Source: Hahella sp. CCB-MM4 | GTDB lineage: Bacteria > Pseudomonadota > Gammaproteobacteria > Pseudomonadales > Oleiphilaceae | Reading direction: 5' to 3' | Length of the DNA stretch: 64,000 bases | Assembly (NCBI RefSeq): GCF_002260525.1 | Contig: NZ_MRYI01000012.1 | Location: forward strand, 117,395 to 181,394 | In this document: in pieces, positions 1-10,355 of the stretch | Position numbering within the stretch: position 1 is the first letter of the stretch | Layout of the letters: the number at the start of each line of letters is the position of its first letter | Position numbers and translations under genes: made by a program | Notes under the pieces: generated by a model | Told to the model about the DNA's origin: nothing | Databases searched by the model: none | Seen by the model: only the letters and a program-made list of their open reading frames with translations

Positions 1-431
1 GTTTCTGTACCAAAATCTGATTAGATGCCCACTTTGGTGACCTGCGTGGACGCTATGTGGACATGTGCGTCTAATCTTCGAGCTTGTGATATTTTTATGT
101 TTTTTAAGTTGTTGAAAATAAAAGAAAAAAATTAACCGCATATTATGTGTGAATGTAAAGGGGCCGGATTAGCAATCCGAGTATTGCGATTCTGACTAGG
201 CCTCCACTTTCCAAACCTGCGTATTACTCCGATCGGAAAGCTACCTCTTTGTAATTTTACGATGTCAAATTTTCAGGCAAGGTATTCTGCAAGGGAACTC
301 ATGCTAATGAAGGGGGCAAGGAGAAAGTATACGAATACCTTGCTACGCTAGGGCACGATAAATTCTTCGATGCTATGGCGGTCGATGATTTAGATTAGTG
401 AGTTGATAAACACGCTAATTTTGGATGAATC

Positions 432-1262
432 CTACATCGAAGTGCAGTATGAAATAGTTGATGTCAGGATCATTTTTGCTTGATCGCGGCTATAGCTTTC
501 TGATTGTGCACTATGGTGCGGAGGATGAGTTAACATATATAAAGCATCTCTAAGTAATATCCAGCGTTCTTTAACGGTCATTGACTCCCTATCTGATTTG
601 TTAGACAGCTTTCCTCTAATAGTACCTAGCTGACTTTGATCTGCGGGAGGTAGTGGGTAGTGTTCAAACACTTTTCTGCACTCGCCTACACAGAGATCGT
701 ATTCACCTTGATGCAAATACCTTTCGGCATTTTCTATAAATTTGAACGAAGAACCGCCAGTGCCCGTAATATCTCTTGGTAGCCGAAACTCGTAGAGTAA
801 TGTATTGGCATACCCCATTTTATTGAGCGCAGATAACCAGTCAGACTGTTTTATCTTGTAAGTCCCATGATCAGTATATGGTTGAGACGTTGAGCCTTGG
901 CAAACCTCTCCACTCAACCAAAGGGTGAGATTAAAACCTTGCCCTAAGCGCATTTTTTCGATTGCTTCAACCTGGTTAGGTGTGAGGGAAAAGCGAAAAT
1001 AAATTGTCAGACTGCGATGATTCGGTATGGATATGGGCTGACCTCCGTCAGGCGGAGCAACCCCGATCATGCTTTGAGTGTTTTCCCCCCATTCGAGTCT
1101 CAGGTTAAGGTTTCTCAAGACTGTTTCCGAAAGGGGTTTGGCAACAGCAAATTCAAGCTGAGCGCATAGAGTGTAGCTACCAATGCCAGGGAGGCCGTAT
1201 GTCTTTACATCTGTGCACTCAGCGAGTGTGTATCCTTCGAGGGAACTGATTGTTATTGTCAC
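432..1262 (-). CDS. hypothetical protein, no assignable domain; sits in the tRNA-Phe-proximal segment
   Basis: 276-aa ORF with no recognisable motif; lies next to tRNA-Phe and tRNA fragments. Confidence 0.45.
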   Translation of the reverse strand: MTITISSLEGYTLAECTDVKTYGLPGIGSYTLCAQLEFAVAKPLSETVLRNLNLRLEWGENTQSMIGVAPPDGGQPISIPNHRSLTIYFRFSLTPNQVEAIEKMRLGQGFNLTLWLSGEVCQGSTSQPYTDHGTYKIKQSDWLSALNKMGYANTLLYEFRLPRDITGTGGSSFKFIENAERYLHQGEYDLCVGECRKVFEHYPLPPADQSQLGTIRGKLSNKSDRESMTVKERWILLRDALYMLTHPPHHSAQSESYSRDQAKMILTSTISYCTSM

Positions 1263-1434
1263 TCTTACAGACTCCTTTCCAAAAAATATTAGTTGTTGCT
1301 ATTAATAGCACAAAACGATCTGGTTTCCAGAGTGGGGGATGCCGCGCCAAAATATTGCGTTGACACTTCGGCCAGTCCTTTAAGTTTTTTGAAAAGTGGC
1401 AGTTCTATAACAGCTGTTTTTTTAAGGAGAAAGT

Positions 1435-1462
1435 TGGTGGGCACACCTGGACTCGAACCAGG
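1435..1462 (-). other. orphan tRNA 3'-end fragment: T-arm, acceptor 3' strand and CCA, with no matching 5' half
   Basis: reverse complement reads CCTGG-TTCGAGT-CCAGG-TGTGCCC-A-CCA; no complementary GGGCACA 5' strand within ~90 nt. Confidence 0.4.
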
Positions 1463-1650
1463 GAGTAACGGAATCACATCTCCTTTCTGTGAGAGATTTC
1501 TTACGTGCGATTGGTGATGTTTGGCTACTTTTAGGTGAGTGAAGTAAGGCAATGAATATTGCGTTGACACTTTGTTGACACATTTGAAGCAGGCATAAAA
1601 AAACAGGAACTTCGATTTCTCGTAAGTTCCTGTTTTTTAAGGAATTTAAG

Positions 1651-1726
1651 TGGTGCCCAGAGGCGGAATCGAACCACCGACACGGGGATTTTCAATCCCC
1701 TGCTCTACCGACTGAGCTATCTGGGC
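1651..1726 (-). tRNA. pheV-like: tRNA-Phe (anticodon GAA)
   Basis: reverse complement GCCCAGATAGCTCAGTCGGTAGAGCAGGGGATTGAAAATCCCCGTGTCGGTGGTTCGATTCCGCCTCTGGGCACCA; canonical cloverleaf; anticodon loop TTGAAAA. Confidence 0.93.
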
Positions 1727-1746
1727 ACTAATGTCATGTATTTAAA

Positions 1747-1885
1747 TGGTGCTTGACGATACACCAGCAAGCTTGCGCTTGCCCCTGCTCATTCCAGTCA
1801 GAAATCGTAGATTTCTGCCGTTCCGCAAACTCGAAGCAGTGCTTCGAAAAAATGTTTGCTACACCCAACTGAGCTTTCTGGGCAC
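1747..1885 (-). pseudogene. degenerate tRNA-Phe-like remnant: 5' part GCCCAGAAAGCTCAGTTGGGTAG..., an internal ~65-nt insertion, then AGCAGGGG...CACCA
   Basis: the reverse complement shares blocks with the intact tRNA-Phe 190 bp away but cannot fold as a tRNA. Confidence 0.3.
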
Positions 1886-1980
1886 ATACGTCACATATTT
1901 AATTGGTGTCTGACTGAACACCAGATGCCTTGACCGGCAACGGGTGCGTATTAAACCTACTTCCCGTTTTAGTGTCAAGC

Positions 1981-2256
1981 TTATTTTTCAGAAGGTGGAA
2001 TATATCCTTCTGCTTTGTCCACTGACTCATTGCTGAGGAACTTGTCCATCTGCTCTGTCAGGTAAGTTCGGGTGTCCGGATCCATCAGGTTCAGGCGTTT
2101 TTCGTTGATCAGCATCGTCTGGTGGTTGAGCCATTCTTGCCAGGCTTTCTTGGATACCGTGTCAAAAAGCTCTTTACCTTTGGCTCCCGGCATGGGGGGA
2201 AGGTCCAAACCTTCGAGTTCTTGCTGGTATTTTTTACAGAAAACGGTACGTGCCAT
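1981..2256 (-). CDS. yggX: Fe(II)-trafficking / oxidative-damage protection protein YggX
   Basis: [11 protein letters not shown]...[23 protein letters not shown] matches the YggX family; AGGTAA RBS before the internal ATG at 2256; conserved mutY-yggX pairing. Confidence 0.85.
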   Translation of the reverse strand: MARTVFCKKYQQELEGLDLPPMPGAKGKELFDTVSKKAWQEWLNHQTMLINEKRLNLMDPDTRTYLTEQMDKFLSNESVDKAEGYIPPSEK

Positions 2257-2390
2257 GAATTTTACCTGCTGTGTAATGAATGGGTTCTGCATGAGCTGGC
2301 CGGGTGAGGAGTATATCAGATAGGGAAAGAGCATCCAGATCATGCTGCCTGAAAGCTCTTTCCTGCAGATTCCTCACACCTACAGATTCT

Positions 2391-3482
2391 TCACAATAAC
2401 TGGTGTTGGGACAGATTGCCTGACGCAAGCCACTGGGAGATGGGGGCGGGCAGGGCGAGGTCGTTCTGTTCCAGATGCATCCAGGCCAAGCCTTCTTCAC
2501 GAATCGCAGGAAGCGTTCCGTCGATATTCATCAAAACCGGTTTCAGTATGACGTGGTAGTGAGAGAAGGTGTGCTTGAATGGTTCGGCCAGATCAAAGTG
2601 TTTGCTGATCGGGAAATGAGGCTTCCAGCTCTCCAGGGCGGTATCCAGGTCGCTATCCTTTTCGCTTTCGGGAAAACACCATAACCCGCCCCAGATTCCT
2701 GTGGCCGGGCGTCGCTCCATCAGAAAGCGACCATCCGCATCCTGTAGCACCAACAAATATCTCTCAACAGTGGGAGTTTGCTTCTTGGGTTTGCGGGTGG
2801 GTAGATCGCTGGTTTCGTTGTTCAGGTGAGCCTGGCAGCCTGACTGGAAGGGGCACTCCACGCAGCGAGGTTTGCTTCTGGTGCAAAGAGTCGCACCCAG
2901 ATCCATGATCGCCTGGGTGTAGTCCACCACTCGCTCTTCGGGTGTATAAGCTTCTGCGATCTGCCAGAGATTTTTTTCAATGGCAGGCAGACCCGGCCAG
3001 CCATGAATGCCTTCCACCCGGGTGAGTACTCGCTTGACGTTTCCGTCCAGAATGGGTTCTCTCAGATTGAAGGCTTGGGCCAAAATCGCTCCTGCGGTAG
3101 AGCGGCCAATTCCCGGGAGGGTCTGGAGTTGTTCGGTTTGTTTTGGAAACTCGCCTTCAAACTCCTGCATGACTTTGATGGCGGCCTTGTGAAGGTTTCG
3201 CGCCCGGGCGTAGTAACCAAGCCCGGCCCAGTAAACGAGAACATCATCAATCGGCGCAGCCGCCAGGTCGGCCACTTGGGGGAAGCGTTCCACAAACTTA
3301 TTGAAGTAACCTATGACCGTGGATACCTGGGTTTGTTGCAGCATGATCTCGGACAGCCAGACACGATAAGGTGATCTGGGATGCTGCCAGGGGAGATCGT
3401 GGCGGCCGTGCTGATCAAACCAAGACAGCAGTTTTTGGGAAAATTCTTCTGGAATGAATGTGGTAGATAAGACTTCAGTCAT
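2391..3482 (-). CDS. mutY: A/G-specific adenine DNA glycosylase MutY
   Basis: HhH-GPD glycosylase motifs, a C-terminal Cys cluster for the 4Fe-4S site and a NUDIX-like C-terminal domain; start taken at MTEVLST. Confidence 0.9.
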   Translation of the reverse strand: MTEVLSTTFIPEEFSQKLLSWFDQHGRHDLPWQHPRSPYRVWLSEIMLQQTQVSTVIGYFNKFVERFPQVADLAAAPIDDVLVYWAGLGYYARARNLHKAAIKVMQEFEGEFPKQTEQLQTLPGIGRSTAGAILAQAFNLREPILDGNVKRVLTRVEGIHGWPGLPAIEKNLWQIAEAYTPEERVVDYTQAIMDLGATLCTRSKPRCVECPFQSGCQAHLNNETSDLPTRKPKKQTPTVERYLLVLQDADGRFLMERRPATGIWGGLWCFPESEKDSDLDTALESWKPHFPISKHFDLAEPFKHTFSHYHVILKPVLMNIDGTLPAIREEGLAWMHLEQNDLALPAPISQWLASGNLSQHQLL

Positions 3483-3728
3483 GCTCTTTCTGGACTTCAC
3501 AGGGTGTGCGTAGCAAACTATCCGCACCGGCATTAAGGATGGTGCTTATCGGTAATGGATGTACCGGAAGTATTTCCATCCGACAGGGCTGTGCTACTCT
3601 GAAGAAAAATGAACCGTAGCGCAACCGGCCGGTGACACAACAGGCCCTATCAAAAGGCCTACTCTGACGAGCATCTGCGTCAGAATTGATCAATGCAGAA
3701 TAATAATTGAAGTTTGAAGGAGCAATCC

Positions 3729-4193
3729 GTGGCCGTCAGTATCACCATCGAAATCAGCCGTACATTTGACGTTGCGGCAGACTATGACACCGTCTTTGAT
3801 TTACTTGCCGACGTTCCCAAATCCGCCAGTTTTTTCCCGCGCGTAGACAAGCTGGAAGATCTGGGGGATGACATATACCGCTGGGAAATGAAGAAAATCG
3901 GCGTTGACAAACATGCCATCCAGACCATTTATGCCAGCCGCTATAGTTCAGATAAAGGCAAAGGCATCATTACCTGGACGCCGGTAAAAGGGGAAGGGAA
4001 CGGCGTTGTTCAGGGCTCCTGGGCAATCCAGAAAAAAGGGGATGGAACCGAATGTAAGTTCCAGACCAAAGGGGAACTGACGTTGCCTTTGCCGGGGCTG
4101 TTAAAGCTCGCCATCAGCCCGGTCGTGAAGCACGAGTTCAATTCCCTGGTGGACACATATGTCGATAATCTGAAAAAAGAATTCGGCAGCTGA
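3729..4193 (+). CDS. SRPBCC (START / polyketide cyclase-like) family protein
   Basis: ~155-aa protein of SRPBCC type; GTG start at 3729 with AAGGAG RBS 7 nt upstream. Confidence 0.55.
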   Translation: MAVSITIEISRTFDVAADYDTVFDLLADVPKSASFFPRVDKLEDLGDDIYRWEMKKIGVDKHAIQTIYASRYSSDKGKGIITWTPVKGEGNGVVQGSWAIQKKGDGTECKFQTKGELTLPLPGLLKLAISPVVKHEFNSLVDTYVDNLKKEFGS

Positions 4194-4373
4194 TCTACCC
4201 CATCCAGATAAAACCTCATTGTTGAATGCTGCCGGGCAACGGCCTGGCGGTGTTCAATAATGAGAATTCATGACCGTCATAGACGTTTTCATGCTGTCCA
4301 TACGTGCTTCCATGTAGGCTACAGGCGTCGAAACGGGTATAATGCGCCTTTTTTACTGTGCCCGGAGCGATGA

Positions 4374-4967
4374 ATGACTGAGCGCAAGGCGGAAGTAACC
4401 CGCAACACGCTGGAAACGCAAATCACCTGTTCTGTTAATTTGGATGGAACTGGTAAAGCCCGGTTTGAAACCGGTGTCCCTTTTCTGGACCACATGATGG
4501 ACCAGATCGCCCGCCATGGCTTGATTGACATGGATATCGTGGCCAAGGGCGATTTGCATATTGACGCTCACCACACAGTGGAAGACATCGGAATTACCTT
4601 GGGACAAGCCGTTGCCAAAGCGATTGGTGACAAGAAAGGCATCTGCCGTTACGGCCATGCTTATGTGCCTTTGGATGAGGCTTTGTCTCGTGTGGTTATC
4701 GACTTTTCCGGCCGTCCCGGCCTTGAAATGCATGTGGACTTCACCCGTGCCATGATCGGCAACTTCGATGTGGATCTCTTCTACGAGTTCTTTCAGGGGT
4801 TTGTAAACCACGCCCAGGTGAGTCTGCACATCGACAATCTGCGTGGTCGTAATTCGCATCACCAGATTGAAACCATCTTCAAGGCTTTTGGCCGCGCTCT
4901 GCGCATGGCTATTGAGCACGATCCAAGAATGAGCGGCATCATGCCCTCAACCAAGGGCACTCTTTAA
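4374..4967 (+). CDS. hisB: imidazoleglycerol-phosphate dehydratase
   Basis: 197 aa; motifs [11 protein letters not shown] and RNSHHQIET. Confidence 0.93.
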   Translation: MTERKAEVTRNTLETQITCSVNLDGTGKARFETGVPFLDHMMDQIARHGLIDMDIVAKGDLHIDAHHTVEDIGITLGQAVAKAIGDKKGICRYGHAYVPLDEALSRVVIDFSGRPGLEMHVDFTRAMIGNFDVDLFYEFFQGFVNHAQVSLHIDNLRGRNSHHQIETIFKAFGRALRMAIEHDPRMSGIMPSTKGTL

Positions 4968-5082
4968 CCCAAAGGGATGCAAGAGAATCTTGGATACTAG
5001 AAGCGACCGGGTTTCCTGGAAGAAACAGGGAACCGGTTTTCTGGATCTTCGCTAATTTGCTGAATCAGGACTGCGACTCAAA

Positions 5083-5772
5083 ATGAGCACTTCTTCAAAC
5101 GCTTCGTCCAATACCATTGCTGTCATCGATTATGGGATGGGAAATCTTCATTCTGTCTCCAAGGCGCTGGAACATGTGGCGCCGGATGCGCGTGTCATTG
5201 TGACAGCGGATACTCGAATCATCTCAGAAGCGGATCGGGTTCTCCTTCCTGGAGTAGGGGCCATGCGGGATTGCATGGGTGAGATCCGTCGTCTCGGCTT
5301 TGATCAACTGGTGAAAGAGATTGCCGAATCCGGGCGTCCTTTGCTGGGAGTCTGCGTTGGTATGCAGGCGATGCTTGATCATAGCGAGGAAAATAATGGG
5401 GTGGATGGCCTGGGGCTATTCAAGGGCGAAGTACGTTTCTTCGGTACTGATCTGCATGAAGCGGATCCGCAGCAAAACAATGCTGGCGAGCGTCTGAAGG
5501 TGCCTCACATGGGCTGGAATGAGGTATTCCACAGTCATGAGCATCCCCTCTGGCACAACATTACCGATGGCGACCGTTTTTACTTCGTGCATTCTTATTA
5601 TGTGGATGCGGCCAACTTTGATTCTGTTGCCGGTACCTGTCACTACGGTGTGGACTTTGCAGCCGCTATTGCCAGGAATAACATTTTTGCTGCTCAGTTC
5701 CATCCGGAGAAGAGCCAGCATGCAGGCCTCCAGTTGTTGAAAAATTTTGCCGGCTGGGATGGCCGTCCCTAA
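5083..5772 (+). CDS. hisH: imidazole glycerol phosphate synthase, glutamine amidotransferase subunit
   Basis: [14 protein letters not shown], a GVCVGMQ catalytic Cys and the HPEKS motif. Confidence 0.92.
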   Translation: MSTSSNASSNTIAVIDYGMGNLHSVSKALEHVAPDARVIVTADTRIISEADRVLLPGVGAMRDCMGEIRRLGFDQLVKEIAESGRPLLGVCVGMQAMLDHSEENNGVDGLGLFKGEVRFFGTDLHEADPQQNNAGERLKVPHMGWNEVFHSHEHPLWHNITDGDRFYFVHSYYVDAANFDSVAGTCHYGVDFAAAIARNNIFAAQFHPEKSQHAGLQLLKNFAGWDGRP

Positions 5773-5811
5773 CGAATTTGAATTTAAACCCGGGTTAAAG
5801 CCCCCCGGACA

Positions 5812-6570
5812 ATGACCAAACAGAGTGATTTTATGCTGATTATTCCCGCAATCGACCTGAAAGATGGAAAGTGTGTGCGCTTGAAGCAGGGCCGTATGGA
5901 TGACTCCACGGTGTTCTCTGATGATCCTGTAGCGATGGCATCAAAATGGGTAGAAGCCGGTTGTCGCAGACTTCACCTGGTTGATCTCAACGGCGCATTT
6001 GCCGGCGAGCCGGTGAACGGTGAAATCGTTGCAGCCATTGCGAAGAAGTACCCTGATCTGCCAATCCAGATCGGTGGCGGTATCCGGGATTTCGACACCA
6101 TTGAACATTATCTCAAGGCCGGTGTGCAGTATGTCATTATTGGCACCAAGGCGGTGAAAGAGCCTGAATTCGTCAAGCAGGCCTGTCAGCAGTTTCCTGG
6201 CCATATTATTGTCGGTATCGACGCCAAAGACGGTTGGGTGGCGACAGAAGGCTGGGCTGATATCAGCACCATCCAGGCGACAGATCTTGCACTCAAATTC
6301 AAGGACGCAGGCGTATCCTCCATCGTATACACCGATATTGCCCGTGACGGCATGATGCAAGGCGTGAACGTGGAAGCCACGGCGCTTCTGGCCAAGGTCT
6401 CCGGACTGCCGATTATTGCCTCTGGTGGCGTCACTGATATGAACGACATTAAGCGCCTTCGGGAAGTTTCAGATGCCGGTATCGTCGGTGCCATCACCGG
6501 CCGCGCGATCTATGAAGGGACTCTGGATGTTAAAGAGGCCCAGGATTATTGTGATTCACAGGCGTCCTAA
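5812..6570 (+). CDS. hisA: ProFAR isomerase HisA (probable true start at 5833, [10 protein letters not shown])
   Basis: [15 protein letters not shown]...GG motifs characteristic of HisA. Confidence 0.9.
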   Translation: MTKQSDFMLIIPAIDLKDGKCVRLKQGRMDDSTVFSDDPVAMASKWVEAGCRRLHLVDLNGAFAGEPVNGEIVAAIAKKYPDLPIQIGGGIRDFDTIEHYLKAGVQYVIIGTKAVKEPEFVKQACQQFPGHIIVGIDAKDGWVATEGWADISTIQATDLALKFKDAGVSSIVYTDIARDGMMQGVNVEATALLAKVSGLPIIASGGVTDMNDIKRLREVSDAGIVGAITGRAIYEGTLDVKEAQDYCDSQAS

Positions 6571-6599
6571 TCTTCGCAGCAGGCAGTGAGGTAAATTTT

Positions 6600-7373
6600 A
6601 TGTCTTTAGCCAAACGCATCATTCCCTGCCTCGACGTGGACAAAGGTCGCGTGGTGAAAGGGGTGCAATTTGTTGATATCCGTGACGCAGGCGATCCGGT
6701 GGAAGTGGCCAAGCGCTATGACGAGCAGGGCGCTGACGAAATCACGTTTCTGGATATCACGGCCAGTCATGAAGATCGTGGTACCACTGTTCATACCGTT
6801 GAGCGCATGGCCAGCCAGGTGTTCATTCCACTGACGGTGGGTGGCGGCATTCGTAAGCTTGAAGATATCCGCACAATGCTAAACGCGGGTGCGGACAAAG
6901 TGAGTATCAATACGGCTGCCGTATTTAACCCTGAGTTTGTAGGGGAGGCGGCCGCTAAATTTGGTAATCAGTGTATCGTTGTTGCCATTGATGCCAAGAA
7001 AGTTTCGGCAGAAGGAGAGCCGGACCGTTGGGAAATTTTTACTCATGGCGGACGCAAGCCCACAGGTTTGGAAGCAGTGGAATGGGCTCAAAGGATGGTG
7101 GGCTATGGAGCCGGTGAGATCCTTCTGACCAGTATGGATCGCGACGGTACCAAAAACGGTTTCGATTTAGCGCTCACCCGTGCCATCAGCGATGCGGTTT
7201 CGGTTCCTGTTATTGCCTCAGGTGGCGTTGGGAATCTTCAGCACTTGGTTGATGGTGTCAAACAAGGTGGTGCCGACGCGGTTCTCGCCGCCAGCATATT
7301 CCATTTTGGTGAATACAGCATTCCTGAAGCCAAGAAATTTATGGCGGAACAAGGAGTTGAGGTGCGCTTATAG
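6600..7373 (+). CDS. hisF: imidazole glycerol phosphate synthase, cyclase subunit
   Basis: [16 protein letters not shown]...ASGG motifs of HisF. Confidence 0.93.
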   Translation: MSLAKRIIPCLDVDKGRVVKGVQFVDIRDAGDPVEVAKRYDEQGADEITFLDITASHEDRGTTVHTVERMASQVFIPLTVGGGIRKLEDIRTMLNAGADKVSINTAAVFNPEFVGEAAAKFGNQCIVVAIDAKKVSAEGEPDRWEIFTHGGRKPTGLEAVEWAQRMVGYGAGEILLTSMDRDGTKNGFDLALTRAISDAVSVPVIASGGVGNLQHLVDGVKQGGADAVLAASIFHFGEYSIPEAKKFMAEQGVEVRL

Positions 7374-7383
7374 CGCGCCTTTT

Positions 7384-7525
7384 CTCTGCATATTTACCTG
7401 TCTATTTCTCTTTCTATCCATATTCCGTCACACCTCACTTAATCTCTCCACTCATTATCCAATTTCCTACTATTCACCATTCAAATTCCTACTATTCTTC
7501 ACCCAAAATCCTACTACTCTTAAAG
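7384..7525. repeat. degenerate tandem direct repeats (units ~18 bp, e.g. AATTTCCTACTATTC / AAATTCCTACTATTCTTC / AAATCCTACTACTCTT) just 3' of hisF
   Basis: read directly from the sequence. Confidence 0.7.
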
Positions 7526-7639
7526 TATTGCCGCTTAGACTTGAATAGGGGCTGGCAATAATCGTAGCCGTTGATGTAGATGGCTGGTGGAGCTAATAGA
7601 GCAAGTGGCAGGTGAATTGGTGATGCTGGTGACACTGTC

Positions 7640-8128
7640 ATGTTAAAAGTAACGCCGGGCGAAGACGAAGCCTGTGCTCGTATCGTGCTAACGCCGAATA
7701 ATTCGGCTGGGTGGCGAGGAAACCGGGTGTTTCTGATGTTGGCTGGGGGCGTTACCGCAATTGTCGCGACCATGTCATTGCTGGTGGGGGCTGCGTTGGT
7801 GGTCTTCTTTTGCGGTGCGGAGATAACGCTCCTGTTTATTGCCTTGCGCTATGTAAGCCGTCAGTGCGCATCGCAGGAAGTGGTGCAGCTGAGCCCCTAT
7901 GAAGTCCTGATTCAGCGAGGCGTCAAAGCACCGGAGCAGCAATGGTCCTTTCCCAGACTCCATACCCGAATACTGATAGAAACTGATGATTCAAAAAGCC
8001 AGCAGATAAGCGTTCAGTGTCAGGATGTTTCTGTTCCGATAGGTCGATTTTTAAATGAGCGGGAACGCCAGCAACTCATTTCCAACCTTAAAGGGTTGGT
8101 TTCTCATTATCGGCATCTTTATCTTTGA
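7640..8128 (+). CDS. DUF2244-like integral membrane protein
   Basis: two TM helices and 162 aa; resembles the COG5488/DUF2244 family. Confidence 0.5.
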   Translation: MLKVTPGEDEACARIVLTPNNSAGWRGNRVFLMLAGGVTAIVATMSLLVGAALVVFFCGAEITLLFIALRYVSRQCASQEVVQLSPYEVLIQRGVKAPEQQWSFPRLHTRILIETDDSKSQQISVQCQDVSVPIGRFLNERERQQLISNLKGLVSHYRHLYL

Positions 8129-8951
8129 TGTGATTGGTTGATACGGCTATCAGACGGGCGCCGGAGTCCTTGTCGTCGGAATCAAACATGGCCACGGCAT
8201 TATGGCGCATCGCCCAGAGACCCTTAACCGTAGCGATAGCAACACCTTCCTGGCCGAGGAGGGGGATCGCTCTTTCAAGGTACTCAATGGTTTCTTTATG
8301 AGGATGTCCAATAGCGATGGCAGAGCCTTTTTTCTTGGCAATGGAGAGCAGGCGTTTGAACTGAAAGTCGATGGCCTCTGTAGTGATCTCGTGATCCAGG
8401 AATACGTCCCGGCCCAGAGACGGAATGGCATTTTCGACGGCGACATCATAGGCCACTGACATGGCGGTCGTTCGACTGTCAACAAAATACAACGGATATG
8501 AACTAAGCTCCCGCATCAGCAGGCCCATGGCCTGGCGATTCTGCGTCAATGCGCTGCCCATGTGGTTGTTCATGCCGCTGACATAGGGGATTGAGCGCAA
8601 TGCGCGACGAAAGGTGATGACCATTTGCAGGCTTCCCATGTCACTGGTCAGACCTGACGCCCCCAACGGCAGGCTCTTGGTGTTTTCCATGGGGGCATGA
8701 AGCATGATTTCTTTGCCGCTGGCATGGGCGAGGCGTGCCTGATCTTCCGTATAGGGGCGAAAAGGTAAAAAGGCGAGAGTCAGAGGTGCAGGGATATTAA
8801 TCGCCCGTTGCCCCATTTCCCTATAGTTGCCCATGTCATCAATGATGATGGCAATCGTTGGAGGAGGGCGATCCTCTTCGATCGCTGCGGCTGAAGTGTG
8901 GGCCGCCACAAGGAGGAGGCCCATGCCGCCGAGGATGGATCGCCAGCTCAA
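8088..8951 (-). CDS. yibQ: divergent polysaccharide deacetylase family protein YibQ
   Basis: IAIIIDDMGN...LTLAFLPF...MLHAPME motifs of the YibQ family; signal peptide; envC-yibQ synteny. Confidence 0.85.
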   Translation of the reverse strand: MSWRSILGGMGLLLVAAHTSAAAIEEDRPPPTIAIIIDDMGNYREMGQRAINIPAPLTLAFLPFRPYTEDQARLAHASGKEIMLHAPMENTKSLPLGASGLTSDMGSLQMVITFRRALRSIPYVSGMNNHMGSALTQNRQAMGLLMRELSSYPLYFVDSRTTAMSVAYDVAVENAIPSLGRDVFLDHEITTEAIDFQFKRLLSIAKKKGSAIAIGHPHKETIEYLERAIPLLGQEGVAIATVKGLWAMRHNAVAMFDSDDKDSGARLIAVSTNHIKDKDADNEKPTL

Positions 8952-8957
8952 ACGTGC

Positions 8958-10355
8958 TTATCCCTTTGCAGTATTCTGAGGTTTGATAATGCTCAGCCCT
9001 TTGAGCAGGTTGAGTGCTTCCCGAAGTTGAAAGTCTTTGGCGATGATTTCTTTCGTCGCGGGATTTTCTGCGCCTTCAGACTTTGATTCATCGCTGTTAC
9101 CGTTAAGCAGGTGCCCGGAAAGGTCAGCTTCCTTAAACACGGGTTGTGATTCCATTTCGGTGATCGTTGCGCGTTGAACCTTGATGTCCGGAACGATACC
9201 CAGTGCCTGGATAGATCGGCCGCTTGGAGTGTAGTAGCGCGCGGTGGTCAGCTTCAGGCCATACTCTTCGTCCAGAGGAAGAACGGTCTGCACGCTACCT
9301 TTGCCGAAACTTTCGGTACCGAGAATAACGGCTCTGTGATGATCCTGCAGCGCACCGGCGACGATCTCTGACGCAGAAGCGGAGCCGCCGTTTACCAACA
9401 CAACCACCGGGGCGCCATCAATTTTGTCCCCGGGAGTGGCGGTAAAGCGTAGTTTGGAACTTTTGATGCGTCCGTCGGTGTACACAATCAGTCCATCGTC
9501 CAGCAGGGCATCAGATACTTCCACCGCTGCCTGGAGAACACCTCCGGGGTTGTTTCGGAGGTCGAGTATGACACCTTTGAGTCCGTCAGGACTATCCTCC
9601 TTCAGCTTATCCAACGCTTTAGCGAACTCAGAGCCGGTCTGAGCCTGGAATTGGGTGATTCGTACATAACCATAACCCGGCTCCAACGTCATATTCTTTA
9701 CACTGGTAACCCGGATGATGTCGCGCAGGACTTCTATGTCTGTGGGGCCGTCAGAGTTCCGCTTGACCACGGTCAGTTTGATCGGTGTTCCTGGCTTGCC
9801 GCGCATTTTGTTTACGGCTTCTTCCAGTGACATACCTTTGACTGACTGGTCATCGAGCTTGATGATCAAGTCTCCGGCTTCAATGCCGGCTTTTTGGGCT
9901 GGAGTATCGTCAATTGGCGCGATTACTTTAATGAATCCGTCTTCCATGCCGACTTCTATGCCCAAACCGCCGAATTCGCCAGTGGTGGATTCCTGCAGGT
10001 CATCAAAAGCGCTGGGTTCCAGATATGAGGAGTGGGGGTCCAGGCCCGAGAGCATTCCGCGGATCGCATTGTTCAGGAGGGTGGTGTCGTCCACGTCTTC
10101 CACGTAGGCTTTTTTAATACGATCGAAGACTTCTGCAAATTTACGTAGATCATCCAGTGGGAGTTGTGCTGACGGGGCCTGATCCGCTTGTTTCATGCCG
10201 TCAGTTTGACCGGTATCGGTTGTGTCCGCAGGTTCATCTGCCCACACTCCAAAAGGCAAAGCCAAGGCCAGTACAGCGCCTGCGATTGTAAGTCTTTTCA
10301 CTCTAGACACCACTCTATCGTTGTATTCCTGCTGCATCGCGTTTACGCGAAACAT
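8958..10355 (-). CDS. ctpA: S41 family carboxy-terminal processing protease (CtpA/Prc-like)
   Basis: PDZ domain plus S41 catalytic region (GGSASASEI..., ...K); N-terminal signal peptide. Confidence 0.85.
   Translation of the reverse strand: MFRVNAMQQEYNDRVVSRVKRLTIAGAVLALALPFGVWADEPADTTDTGQTDGMKQADQAPSAQLPLDDLRKFAEVFDRIKKAYVEDVDDTTLLNNAIRGMLSGLDPHSSYLEPSAFDDLQESTTGEFGGLGIEVGMEDGFIKVIAPIDDTPAQKAGIEAGDLIIKLDDQSVKGMSLEEAVNKMRGKPGTPIKLTVVKRNSDGPTDIEVLRDIIRVTSVKNMTLEPGYGYVRITQFQAQTGSEFAKALDKLKEDSPDGLKGVILDLRNNPGGVLQAAVEVSDALLDDGLIVYTDGRIKSSKLRFTATPGDKIDGAPVVVLVNGGSASASEIVAGALQDHHRAVILGTESFGKGSVQTVLPLDEEYGLKLTTARYYTPSGRSIQALGIVPDIKVQRATITEMESQPVFKEADLSGHLLNGNSDESKSEGAENPATKEIIAKDFQLREALNLLKGLSIIKPQNTAKG

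Noticed and set aside
1435-1462. Considered that the tRNA-like 3' fragment might be the 3' end of tmRNA (ssrA)
   Set aside because: No complementary 5' acceptor strand (GGGCACA...) lies within ~400 nt downstream, and an intact tRNA-Phe gene occupies the space where the tmRNA body would be.
1289-1570. 93-aa and 74-aa ORFs overlapping the tRNA fragment region
   Set aside because: They overlap tRNA-derived sequence and an intergenic scar region and have no RBS or motif; likely spurious.
1831-1847. 17-bp palindrome TCGAAGCAGTGCTTCGA as a terminator
   Set aside because: It is flanked by an A-tract on the plus strand and the T-tract precedes it on the minus strand, so it does not form a canonical intrinsic terminator in either direction. 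It lies inside the degenerate tRNA-Phe remnant.
4353-4919. 188-aa minus-strand ORF antisense to hisB
   Set aside because: It lies entirely within the well-supported hisB coding region and has no recognisable motif; typical antisense shadow ORF.
8150-8485. 111-aa and 85-aa ORFs inside yibQ
   Set aside because: They are embedded within or antisense to the conserved YibQ coding sequence.
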